Below the pieces are notes generated by a model. That model did not search any database. It was not told the origin of the DNA and saw only the letters and a program-made list of their open reading frames with translations. From a virus, in the IMG/VR virus record IMGVR_UViG_3300032516_000004, positions 113,942 to 177,941 of that record: 64,000 nucleotides of DNA. One strand, given 5' to 3'. Position numbers and translations under genes: made by a program. The stretch's first letter is position 1. Every line of letters starts with the position of its first letter. This document shows positions 49,004-58,154 of this stretch, piece by piece.

Positions 49004-49299
49004 GTGATATTTTTGATGAGAAAGAGGATTTGAAATCTACCCGAGGCATTATGTTTGCCCTTCAACGTCGATATAACGAGAAGTTACAACATAGGGGTGA
49101 TGAGGCTGAATATATGATTGGACATGTAACAACCTCATATAATGTAGAGCCGCGCTATCTTAGGGATCCAGATGAAATGGCTAGATGTACGGCTTTAGCA
49201 CTTCATTGGCCTGGTGACGATGTGACTCGACAAATAATTTTTGACACAATAAGAACATTAATTGAAAATAGTATAGATCCAAAATCTGTAGTGTGGTAG
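49000..49299 (+). CDS. Hypothetical protein
   Basis: Start moved to the ATGA overlap at 49000. Confidence 0.5.
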   Translation: MSDIFDEKEDLKSTRGIMFALQRRYNEKLQHRGDEAEYMIGHVTTSYNVEPRYLRDPDEMARCTALALHWPGDDVTRQIIFDTIRTLIENSIDPKSVVW

Positions 49300-49306
49300 G
49301 TGATAC

Positions 49307-49660
49307 ATGAACATTGAAAATGAGCCAGGGAACATTTCGTTTCGCGTAGGCGACGGTACAGAAATTATGCGGTTTACTGCTAGTGGGCAGTGCTTTATTC
49401 GTGGTGAAAAAGTAGATGATAATCAAGCCATATATTTAGCGATAAAGGACTTTGTTCGTGGTGGTCTTGAATTACATAGACGTGCCGTGAATGCAGAGAA
49501 TGATCTAAATTTAGTAAGACAAGAACGAACACTACTTATGCTTCGTAATTCAGCGCTACAGGACATGATTGTAAAGTTGACCGGCAAAGATCACATGACC
49601 GCTCATTGTGAATGTTGTCCAGGTATTGATAAGCCGCACGGACCACATGATAATACTTGA
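49307..49660 (+). CDS. Hypothetical protein
   Basis: 117-aa ORF. Confidence 0.5.
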   Translation: MNIENEPGNISFRVGDGTEIMRFTASGQCFIRGEKVDDNQAIYLAIKDFVRGGLELHRRAVNAENDLNLVRQERTLLMLRNSALQDMIVKLTGKDHMTAHCECCPGIDKPHGPHDNT

Positions 49661-51677
49661 AAAAGTAAACTGTTCTGGGGCCTTTAGTTTTGGTTTGTGT
49701 CCCACTATATCATTAGAAAATATTGGCACAATATTTGTACGTGGAATAAATAAAGATCATGGCGGCTCATCTAATGGGGCTGGTAAATCTAGTATTTTAA
49801 ATGTGATAAAAGAAATTATTTATGAAGAAAATGATACGGAAAAGTCTGGACCACAAGTAATAAATAAACATAAAGATTGGAATAACGGATATTTTATGAT
49901 TCTTTGGTTTAGGGACAGCATGTCCCAACGTTGGCGTATATCGTCAATACGCAAATGGAAAGATGAACCCCCAGACAGTTCCATACTATCTGAACCGAGT
50001 GATGTTATTACTCGTGGTGGAAAATACCAGGGTAGTGACTTATTTCTTGATAGATGGGATGGAGAAAACTGGGTGGATGAGAGACCAACATCAATTAACA
50101 ATAAAACAACAAGCAGCACAAGAGATCGAATTATAGAAATTATTGGTATGACTTATGAACAATTTTCAGCTTATGTCTGTCTCGGGCAACAATCTGAGTC
50201 AGCACTCGTGTCAGGTACTAGTGGTGAAAGAGAAAAAATAATACAAGCAGTAACGGACGTTTCGTTGTGGGAACGTGCTGTGATGTCAGTAAATAAACTA
50301 ATAGATACTAATACAACAAACCACCAACAATTGGTGGCTAAGTTTAATGGTTTAGATTTAGCAGTAAAAGCCATTACTGTTCCATCCTTAGATGAAATTG
50401 ATTTTGCCAATTATGAGCTTGAAATGATTAAGAATGAATATACTAACATAGGAACACTATTAAATAAATTGTTGGTGGATGAGACCATTACTAAGAATGA
50501 ACTTGAGTTTGTTAAGAATGAAGTGGGAAATGTTAATCAAGAACTAGATCTATTAAATGCTGAAGAACGATGGTCACAAGAAAGATTACAAACCATAGAA
50601 TGCCCAGAACCACCAGAAATTGCGGTTCTTAGTAAAGAAATCTCAGATACATCATCCTCTGTTGCTCGAAATAATCAGTTGATTAACAAATATCGCTTAT
50701 TGGGTGAGGGTGATTGTTCAATGTGTGGTCAAAAAGTCACACAAGATCATTTAAATACAGAAATTGGAATTCTTGAAACTAATAATCAATTACTTTCACA
50801 ATCACTAGCGTTACTTGTAACACAAAAGACTCAAATAGTGTGTCAACACGAACACACTATAAAAGAAGCTCGTAATGCCACTAAACAAAAATTCGAGCAT
50901 GAGATGGATGGAATTAGGCAAGCTAGGGAAAAGTTAATTGCAAAAACCACTGTTCCCATGACTATAGAAATGAAATTGGAAGCTATTAGGGGTGAAATAA
51001 AATCTATAAGGTCACAGTCGTTGGTACAAGAAAGTAAAATATCTTCTGTAAATAGCCGTATAAAGATGTTAACCAATAAGATTAATGAATATAAACAACT
51101 TAATGAAACACTTGCTGGATTGCAAGCGGCTGTAATTAGTTCTAATCATGAAATTGATCATTTAAGTTGGGTGTCACGTAACCTTAAGAAAATTAAATTA
51201 ACAGAATATGAGTCGGCTATCGAGAGATTAAATATTTTACTTGACGAAGAGCTTTATAAAGTGTGGGGTCCCGGATTGACCGCAAGATTTGTTACCGCCA
51301 AAGATAAAGCAAAAGGCGGAATCAAACAAGAAATAGATCTTATGGTATATACCCCAAATGTTGATGAGGTGCCTATTGAAATGCACTCTGGTGGGGAAAA
51401 GAAGGCAGTTGTTATCGCAACATTTAAGGCCATGAAACGATTAGCTCATGAACGTGGTCTCGGGATTAATTTGGCGGCTATTGATGAAATAGACAAAGAC
51501 CTAGATGATGCTAATACAGATCGTTTGATTGAGGCATTTGAATCAATAGCTAATGATAGTCCATCCTGTATTGTGATATCTCACAACGCTAGATTATTAA
51601 ATACCATGCAATTTGATGGTATCTGGACAGTGCTTAAGTCTAATGAATTTTCTACTATTGAACTAGGAGAAACATAA
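49647..51677 (+). CDS. SbcC/Rad50-like SMC ATPase
   Basis: NGAGKSS Walker A, coiled coil with CSMC hook, HSGGEK signature, IDEID Walker B. Confidence 0.9.
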   Translation: MIILEKVNCSGAFSFGLCPTISLENIGTIFVRGINKDHGGSSNGAGKSSILNVIKEIIYEENDTEKSGPQVINKHKDWNNGYFMILWFRDSMSQRWRISSIRKWKDEPPDSSILSEPSDVITRGGKYQGSDLFLDRWDGENWVDERPTSINNKTTSSTRDRIIEIIGMTYEQFSAYVCLGQQSESALVSGTSGEREKIIQAVTDVSLWERAVMSVNKLIDTNTTNHQQLVAKFNGLDLAVKAITVPSLDEIDFANYELEMIKNEYTNIGTLLNKLLVDETITKNELEFVKNEVGNVNQELDLLNAEERWSQERLQTIECPEPPEIAVLSKEISDTSSSVARNNQLINKYRLLGEGDCSMCGQKVTQDHLNTEIGILETNNQLLSQSLALLVTQKTQIVCQHEHTIKEARNATKQKFEHEMDGIRQAREKLIAKTTVPMTIEMKLEAIRGEIKSIRSQSLVQESKISSVNSRIKMLTNKINEYKQLNETLAGLQAAVISSNHEIDHLSWVSRNLKKIKLTEYESAIERLNILLDEELYKVWGPGLTARFVTAKDKAKGGIKQEIDLMVYTPNVDEVPIEMHSGGEKKAVVIATFKAMKRLAHERGLGINLAAIDEIDKDLDDANTDRLIEAFESIANDSPSCIVISHNARLLNTMQFDGIWTVLKSNEFSTIELGET

Positions 51678-52912
51678 TGACATCAAAGAATACACCAAAA
51701 GAATATACGATTACCACCAATGAAAAGGATGGGTGTATTGCAATAGAGTTAATTATTTCCAAGAAACAAGCTCAAGCTATGACTAAATCATTTTGGAAGT
51801 CATTCTCCAAAAATATGAAAATTAGAGGTTTCAGACCTGGTAAAATTCCCATGTCGGTAGCCAAGAAACGTAAAATACCTATTGAAGATATGATAGGCGA
51901 GGTGTATAGTCAATATGCTAATATTAAATTTGCCGAGACCACACCTAGAAAAGTTATTTTGACGTCGGATCATGTGGTATCAGGGACTAATATCAAATTC
52001 AATGCCTGGTTAGAACCGGACACACAGATTACTACAAATGACGTTGATCGAATATTGTCTGACACCCATGAAATGCCAACTTTTGATATAGATAAATATG
52101 TGGATGGAAGGATTAATTCGTTTACAAAAATGCATCCATACCTACGAAATAAGGAAGATGAGAAAGGAAATCCACTTCCGGCCCAAGAAAATAATACTGT
52201 AGAGGTATCTATAAATTGTATGGTTGACGGGGTACCATACCCAGATGGTTGTGAGTCAGCGACTAGGATTCGACTAATACGGGATCATGTACACCCAGAA
52301 TCACTATATGAAAAATTGATTGGGGTACTTCCAAATGATTCGTTTACAATTGAAACTAATGATATACCCCCATCATGGGGTAGTAAGCTGGCTGGTAAAC
52401 AGATGCGATTAGACGTAAAGGTTATTAGGGTATATTCATGTGAAGAAGCCGAAATAAATGAAGACATGGCAATATCAGCTGGATTTAAGAATATGGAGGA
52501 ATGGAAAAGAACATTAAAGGATTCTGTTACCAGGCAGGCAACTGCACAATATGAAATAGTTAAGAGACAGCTAATATTGTCATCCATCCTCAAGACTGCG
52601 GTGGTTGGTGATTTTCCAGACAGATGGTTAGATGAAAAAGTCAAAGAATTAAAAAGTGATAGTAATCCTGACCCACGAGGCAGAATACATGAGGTTGCTA
52701 AACAGATAGTAGCTCTCAAGAAAGTTGGACAATTATTAAATATTGAATATGATGACGCAGATAAGGTAAATGTTATGAGAGACGACGCGGTATACGCACA
52801 AAAAGTATTGTCAGTTTTAATTCAAAAGGCAAAATTTGAATATGTTGACTCCATACCATCGAAGGTTGTTGATGGAGATAAACCAGTCACCACACAAGAG
52901 CAACCTGCATGA
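51677..52912 (+). CDS. tig: Trigger-factor-like chaperone
   Basis: Ribosome-binding signature IRGFRPGKIP, central FKBP-like region, helical C-terminus; 411 aa. Confidence 0.75.
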   Translation: MTSKNTPKEYTITTNEKDGCIAIELIISKKQAQAMTKSFWKSFSKNMKIRGFRPGKIPMSVAKKRKIPIEDMIGEVYSQYANIKFAETTPRKVILTSDHVVSGTNIKFNAWLEPDTQITTNDVDRILSDTHEMPTFDIDKYVDGRINSFTKMHPYLRNKEDEKGNPLPAQENNTVEVSINCMVDGVPYPDGCESATRIRLIRDHVHPESLYEKLIGVLPNDSFTIETNDIPPSWGSKLAGKQMRLDVKVIRVYSCEEAEINEDMAISAGFKNMEEWKRTLKDSVTRQATAQYEIVKRQLILSSILKTAVVGDFPDRWLDEKVKELKSDSNPDPRGRIHEVAKQIVALKKVGQLLNIEYDDADKVNVMRDDAVYAQKVLSVLIQKAKFEYVDSIPSKVVDGDKPVTTQEQPA

Positions 52913-52969
52913 ATTTGAAGTTGAATGGCTGAAACATCTTAGCATTAAATATGCTAACGAGGAGTCGCC

Positions 52970-53290
52970 ATGCGAGACATCAATCAAAATGCTGAAGTTA
53001 ATACACAAGAAAGCCACGACCAAAGATCTCAAACTACCATGGGAATAGATCCAGCAATTGGAGAAGATAAAACGACAATGTTAATGTTCAAAATAGATAA
53101 ACAAAATAAAGTTTTACTTTATAATATTATGGTTACACGTAATCATAATGTATTCTCAGATACCCTTTTAACATTGATCTGGGAAGAGACCAAACGAATG
53201 CAAGAGAAAGAAGCTGAACGAATTCAAGAAAAAGTTAAACGAGACGCAATTAAAATAGAATCGATAGGAGGATGTCATGATATTGCATGA
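52970..53290 (+). CDS. Hypothetical protein
   Basis: 106 aa; GAGGAG RBS. Confidence 0.5.
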   Translation: MRDINQNAEVNTQESHDQRSQTTMGIDPAIGEDKTTMLMFKIDKQNKVLLYNIMVTRNHNVFSDTLLTLIWEETKRMQEKEAERIQEKVKRDAIKIESIGGCHDIA

Positions 53291-53453
53291 CTTTGAATGT
53301 TCTAATCATGGTAAAAAACCTTATGAATTTGAGGCATCAATAGCTCTGAATTCTAAGTCCAAGCCGAAGTGTCCAAAGTGTAAAGCCTCTGGTAAAGTTA
53401 AAAAAGTGATCAAGAAGGCTTTCCCGGTGTCACAATCATGGCGTACAACATGA
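53277..53453 (+). CDS. FmdB-like Zn-ribbon protein (58 aa)
   Basis: Read manually: HDFECSNH...CPKC; AGGAGG RBS. Confidence 0.55.
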   Translation: MILHDFECSNHGKKPYEFEASIALNSKSKPKCPKCKASGKVKKVIKKAFPVSQSWRTT

Positions 53454-53517
53454 AAAATGTTCTAGATGTAAGAAAAGAAAGCCTAAAACAGAATTTAATA
53501 AGGGGATTAAAAATGTT

Positions 53518-53772
53518 ATGAAGATTTTGTTCCTCCTGATTTTGGTTGCGCTGGTTTCCTGTGACAGGAAGCCAGCCACTTGTGTCATGACCATGGAGCC
53601 TGAACTGATCACTTGTGACTGTGAAGAGGAAAAGATTGAGATCGTTAATCTCAAGAATGATTTGAGTGTTGTGTGGGGTTCTATGGAGCATTTGGTAATA
53701 ACACGAATACAGCTAGACCAGGAGTTGAAGAAAGCCAAAGAGATAGCTTGTGAGAAAAAGAAGAAGAAATAA
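53518..53772 (+). CDS. Putative lipoprotein
   Basis: MKILFLLILVALVSC lipobox. Confidence 0.55.
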   Translation: MKILFLLILVALVSCDRKPATCVMTMEPELITCDCEEEKIEIVNLKNDLSVVWGSMEHLVITRIQLDQELKKAKEIACEKKKKK

Positions 53773-54243
53773 CCACTCAAGATCTACAGCAGTATGACCG
53801 CGCCCAGTCCGCTGTAGACCGGATTGAGCACATAACCTTTCTTCTTGCTGATGCACTACGCAAGAGCAAGATGGCAGATAAACTCTTGGGTGTTCTTCGT
53901 CATAACCATAAAGCGACCTCACATGTAGCACAGATTATAGCCTTGGCTCGTGAGATTAGAGGCATTCTACACGAAGTAGAACGGGGCGTACGGGAGCGAG
54001 TATGTGGGGACAACCGTGCAAAGTCTACAAGTCACAGGCTTGTTGGGACTGTTGGCAAGTCTTTAGGGAGATGGTCAAACGGGAAAAAACTACAGAAGAA
54101 AATCGTCACACGTTGAACAACCTGGTGCAGTTAATCGCTGCTGCGTGTTTCAATGAGGATGGAGTAGAGTATCTAATCAACAGAGGAAAACTTTTGATGG
54201 CAATGGGAAAGACATTGTACGACGTAATGAGGTTACAAAAACA

Positions 54244-54381
54244 ATGAACTGGTTTTGCTGCATAACTGGGAACTCATTCTTCGACGTTTGGACTTTGGCA
54301 CACCTGGCGTTCTGGATTTTTGTAGGGTCGTGTTTGTGGTGGCTCAAGGCCAATAAGTGGATTTCTGTTGACTTTCCTTGA
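54244..54381 (+). pseudogene. Short, apparently truncated membrane-protein ORF (45 aa)
   Basis: MNWFCCITGNSFFDVWTLAHLAFWIFVG... ends abruptly where the convergent block begins. Confidence 0.3.
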
Positions 54382-54440
54382 CTGGTTATGTCATGATATT
54401 TTATTTCATGGTTCATGTTGCCTCCGGATTAGTCTTGTTG

Positions 54441-54475
54441 GTGGACACATCAAGATTATGTTGAACGGTGCCCAC
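54441..54475 (-). ncRNA. Hairpin at the 3' end of the pentamer array transcript
   Basis: GTGGGCAC...GTGTCCAC 8-bp stem (one G-U pair) enclosing TCAA/TTGA. Confidence 0.5.
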
Positions 54476-54482
54476 TGGCTCC

Positions 54483-54630
54483 TCACCTGCCATACCAAAT
54501 TTCACCACACCCGACCGAGACCTAACCCCACCACATTACACCACACCTGCCTTACCAAACCTAGATCTACCAGACCATACCTGATTGCACCAGAGTCGAC
54601 CCGATCCGGCCTAACCTCACCCGACCTGCC
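54483..54630 (-). repeat. GGY-NN pentamer array (candidate guide RNA, VIPR-like)
   Basis: 27 period-5 units, 21 starting GGT/GGC, with a variable dinucleotide; divided by three GGCA linkers. Confidence 0.85.
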
Positions 54631-54632
54631 AC

Positions 54633-55124
54633 CTATGCCGCTCGTTTTCTAACCAAGGTAATCATTTTAAATATTTCCGCAAGTTCAACGTAATCTTCAT
54701 ATCTTTTTCGCCACTGTTCAAGTTCAGCTAACGCCTGTTTAATAACCAAACGACGAAGTTTTGGATTGTTCATCGCGTCATAGATATGAACATTTTCCCG
54801 TTTATTTTTGTGTGCACCATTTTGAATATTAACCCACATTTTAGTTGGCGCACATTTTTGACCATTGGGTAAAGTGCAAATCACAATAGAGCGTAATATG
54901 TATTTTGCTTGATCTAAACGGTACAGATCAGCCGCACGTGTATTATTCCATTCAAATGCCTTATGGAGAACGGAATTTTTCGGTTTAGCGTCTGATACAA
55001 TAATCTTTGGAGTGATTTTCCTGTGTTTCTGTCGTAAATATTCTAGTCGCTCACCTACAGTTTGTGCTGGTATGCCAACACGAACATATGGTTTCCATTG
55101 GTATTTGATTTGAATATTTAACAT
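54633..55124 (-). CDS. Accessory protein of the pentamer-array locus
   Basis: 163 aa; LHKAFEWNNTRAADLYRLDQA; coupled to the RAMP-like gene; its stop abuts the array. Confidence 0.65.
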   Translation of the reverse strand: MLNIQIKYQWKPYVRVGIPAQTVGERLEYLRQKHRKITPKIIVSDAKPKNSVLHKAFEWNNTRAADLYRLDQAKYILRSIVICTLPNGQKCAPTKMWVNIQNGAHKNKRENVHIYDAMNNPKLRRLVIKQALAELEQWRKRYEDYVELAEIFKMITLVRKRAA

Positions 55125-55756
55125 TATGCTGCCTTCTTGTTTGATCTCTTAGATTTAATGCTTTCAATGTGAAATAGACCGAAACTATCACCACATTGTT
55201 GTGGGCGGCGTTCAGCAACTCCCATAGTCTTACCAGCCAAATTAAGAAGATTAATAATATGTTCTGGAGAAATAATGTTTGGATTATATTGAATTGTTAA
55301 TTCCACTTCCCACTCAGGAAATTCAGCCCTATATCTCAAATCAGTAGCCCCCGTACTAAGTCTTACAACATCCTCCCGCATATGCTTCTTACCAATAATC
55401 TGGGCGTATTCACCCAGGATATAAAATGCGCCGCGCACACTTGTTTTTGTGACATTTGCACAGTGCGTGCAGGCATTAATAGCGGCTGTCTTAAAACTAA
55501 TACAACGGATAAAATCGCCCCTGTGACCATCAACCTTATATGTAGAATTTTCATATTCTGTTACGGGATCTTTATCTGGCCTACCACCAACCTGAACACC
55601 TTTGCTTTTCTTTTGCATAGAAGCCAGTAGTTGTTTTCTATGTTTTTCACTCATAGCATGCATAATTAGTGGTGAGTCGCCAACGGCTTTTACGACCATC
55701 ATTTCTGTACGTGGTGGCTCAACAATAATAAATTCTTGTTTTTTACCAAACGCCAT
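55124..55756 (-). CDS. RAMP/Cas7-like RNA-binding protein (Vipr-like)
   Basis: N-terminal VKAVGDSPLIMH strand, LRYRAEFPEWEVELTI, C-terminal Gly-rich loop AGKTMGVAERRP..GDSFGLF; AGGAGG RBS. Confidence 0.65.
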   Translation of the reverse strand: MAFGKKQEFIIVEPPRTEMMVVKAVGDSPLIMHAMSEKHRKQLLASMQKKSKGVQVGGRPDKDPVTEYENSTYKVDGHRGDFIRCISFKTAAINACTHCANVTKTSVRGAFYILGEYAQIIGKKHMREDVVRLSTGATDLRYRAEFPEWEVELTIQYNPNIISPEHIINLLNLAGKTMGVAERRPQQCGDSFGLFHIESIKSKRSNKKAA

Positions 55757-55776
55757 GATTTAATCCTCCTATATGT

Positions 55777-57657
55777 TTACGATACCATCTTTACAAATTC
55801 GTTCTCAGACACACATTTCGTTCCGAGCTTCCGTGCTTTTTCAGCCTTAGAACTGGTACTGTTTGAGTCCGCCATTACCAGCATTGTCAATCCGGCACCA
55901 ACAGAGTTTTTGACCTCTAGCCCAGCCGCCTCGGCCATTTCTGATAGTTCTTTGCGTGAATGTGACGACTTCCCGGTAAAGCATACACTTTGACCATTCA
56001 ATTTCCCCATTTTAGGCTCCTTAATTGTTACGTGTTTAACGAGTTCACGAATTACTGGTTCCAATTGTTTAATCCCTCGACTAATAAATTTTGCCTTTAC
56101 TGGTCCAATACCAGGAATCGCTGCAAGGGTCGTGCTATCTAGAGCTAGAAACTTATCTGCAGTATCGTAACCAGCTGACACTATGTCACGACTCGTTGTT
56201 TGACACTGCCTAATGTTGAGTGCCGTAATAAATTGAACCATAGACATCCTTTCATGTTCTTTCAGAGATACCATCGCTCTAGTTGCAATACCACCACCAT
56301 GTTCAACACTAAATCGATCCCACTTGATCTTGTAAATGTCCGGAAGAGTTTTCACATATTCACCATCAATTAGTTGGTCGATTAGGGCGTCTCCCCAATG
56401 GAGAACATCAAGTCTTTCAGTCCATACCTTGACGGCACTATGAAGCACTGATGGACATAGTCCGTTATTGCATTGTAGATATTCACCATCCCAATCCAAG
56501 AGTTCACTACAAACTGGACACCCTCGTGGTACTTCAACCTTTACTGGTGTAAGAACTTCTTCAACATATGGGATCACATCATTCCGACGACTGACCAAAA
56601 CTTTGGAACCTGGTCCTGCTTTCAATTCAACGGCCATCTTGGCGGTATGCAGGGACACTCTGCTAATTGTTACACCCCCAATATCCACCGCCTCCAATTC
56701 AGCAACTGGACACACACGACCAATACGTCCCACTTGCCACACGATATTTTTTACAGTCGTAACTTTTGTCTCTGGTGGCGGTTTATACGCGATAGCACCA
56801 CGAGGTCGCATATCTAGATCACCTAGACTATCAAATGTTTCTTGGTTGTCGATTCGAACCACCAAACCATCAATTTCGTATGGGATCTTGTCACGTTCCT
56901 TAAGTCGATCTTCTACCCATTTGGGAACATCAGCACCTTTGCAAAATCCATAGTTAGGAACCTGGAGACCCAGGGTCTTTAGGAAACACAATTGGTCAAC
57001 GTGGGTTGGCAGTTTTACGTCGCCGATTACCTCATAAAAGATAACTGTCAAATGCTGACAACCACTACCATCCAACCGTTTAGCGGTTCCAGAACAGCCA
57101 TTTCGTGGGTTTTTCATGTCTGGCATATGACGAAGCCAGTCTTCTTTCAGCAACACAATCTCACCACGAAGTGACCCAGTGAATGGTTCTGGCAGAATCC
57201 GCCGAACACCCTTCATTTTCAAGACATTCTGACTGATATCTTCTCCTTGATATCCATTTCCTCTGGTAGATGCTACTTGGAACGATCCCTTCAAATATTC
57301 TACTTCGATTGAAATGCCGTCTAGTTTATCGGTAATGCTGTATGTGGTCTTGGGATCAAGTTTATTGGCCCATTTAACAAATTCTTGTTCATTTTGAGCC
57401 TTGTCCAACGAACCCATAGGGATTACATGCTGATGCTTCTCCCAGGCACTTGCTGGTTCTGCTCCGACCCTCTTTAACACTTGGTGGTCAGCGTCCAATT
57501 TGCGGAGTTCACTTTCTAGAGCATCATATTCATCATCTGACATTGACGGAGTGCCATTATAGTATTCGTCACGAGCCACCAAAATCTGGTTGGCAAGTTT
57601 ATCAACATATTCTTTCATTTTGAGATACATCTCATGTTCAGCGTCTCTATTGTTCAT
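55777..57657 (-). CDS. ligA: NAD+-dependent DNA ligase
   Basis: KLDG adenylation motif, RGNG, YEIDGLV, AIAYK, Zn finger, HhH, C-terminal BRCT. Confidence 0.95.
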   Translation of the reverse strand: MNNRDAEHEMYLKMKEYVDKLANQILVARDEYYNGTPSMSDDEYDALESELRKLDADHQVLKRVGAEPASAWEKHQHVIPMGSLDKAQNEQEFVKWANKLDPKTTYSITDKLDGISIEVEYLKGSFQVASTRGNGYQGEDISQNVLKMKGVRRILPEPFTGSLRGEIVLLKEDWLRHMPDMKNPRNGCSGTAKRLDGSGCQHLTVIFYEVIGDVKLPTHVDQLCFLKTLGLQVPNYGFCKGADVPKWVEDRLKERDKIPYEIDGLVVRIDNQETFDSLGDLDMRPRGAIAYKPPPETKVTTVKNIVWQVGRIGRVCPVAELEAVDIGGVTISRVSLHTAKMAVELKAGPGSKVLVSRRNDVIPYVEEVLTPVKVEVPRGCPVCSELLDWDGEYLQCNNGLCPSVLHSAVKVWTERLDVLHWGDALIDQLIDGEYVKTLPDIYKIKWDRFSVEHGGGIATRAMVSLKEHERMSMVQFITALNIRQCQTTSRDIVSAGYDTADKFLALDSTTLAAIPGIGPVKAKFISRGIKQLEPVIRELVKHVTIKEPKMGKLNGQSVCFTGKSSHSRKELSEMAEAAGLEVKNSVGAGLTMLVMADSNSTSSKAEKARKLGTKCVSENEFVKMVS

Positions 57658-57857
57658 GTTCCATCTCCATATCTTTCATCTGCTAGGCGACCAGCCCCAA
57701 TCGCTAAGTTATCTAATTTCTTATTTAGCAAGCAGCATTGATTATACAGATACCTAAGTTCTCCACTTTTCATGCGGTGAGTTTCTGTGTTTCTTTCCAT
57801 CTCATGAATTAGTGAGTATACTTTGTTGTACCATGATTCTACATCTCTATGGCTCAT
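57654..57857 (-). CDS. Hypothetical protein
   Basis: 67-aa coupled ORF. Confidence 0.45.
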   Translation of the reverse strand: MSHRDVESWYNKVYSLIHEMERNTETHRMKSGELRYLYNQCCLLNKKLDNLAIGAGRLADERYGDGT

Positions 57858-57860
57858 TTA

Positions 57861-58154
57861 CTACCTCATGCCTCGTTTAGTGGACCAAATAATGGTGGCC
57901 TTAGCAGTAAATACACCTTCACACTTAGGACATCCAATAAGTTCATAACCGGGGCCACACACCAAACTATCTATTCCTCTGCGACGATCAATGAACCCAA
58001 GTCCCGTAAGCATTACGATTTGTTCTATACGATCCGTACCGATGCAATGCTCAAGTGGTATCCGCTTAATAGGAAATTTATATCCACAGCATGGACAAAC
58101 CATACATTTCTGATTTTTAGTGTTAATCTTTTTATTCGGTTGGTTCGTCGTCAT
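57861..58154 (-). CDS. Zn-ribbon protein
   Basis: CPCCGY...CPKC...WST; start moved to 58154. Confidence 0.5.
   Translation of the reverse strand: MTTNQPNKKINTKNQKCMVCPCCGYKFPIKRIPLEHCIGTDRIEQIVMLTGLGFIDRRRGIDSLVCGPGYELIGCPKCEGVFTAKATIIWSTKRGMR

Noticed and set aside
54368-54652. 94-aa plus-strand ORF across the pentamer array
   Set aside because: A Pro/Thr/Arg-periodic translation of the repeat's reverse strand with no RBS; the period of 5 is incompatible with codon-level selection.
56468-56953. Long antisense ORFs inside ligA, nrdJ, scaffold and other genes (e.g. 349-657, 11714-12109)
   Set aside because: No recognisable motifs or RBS, unlike the antisense HNH in the intein; treated as chance shadows.
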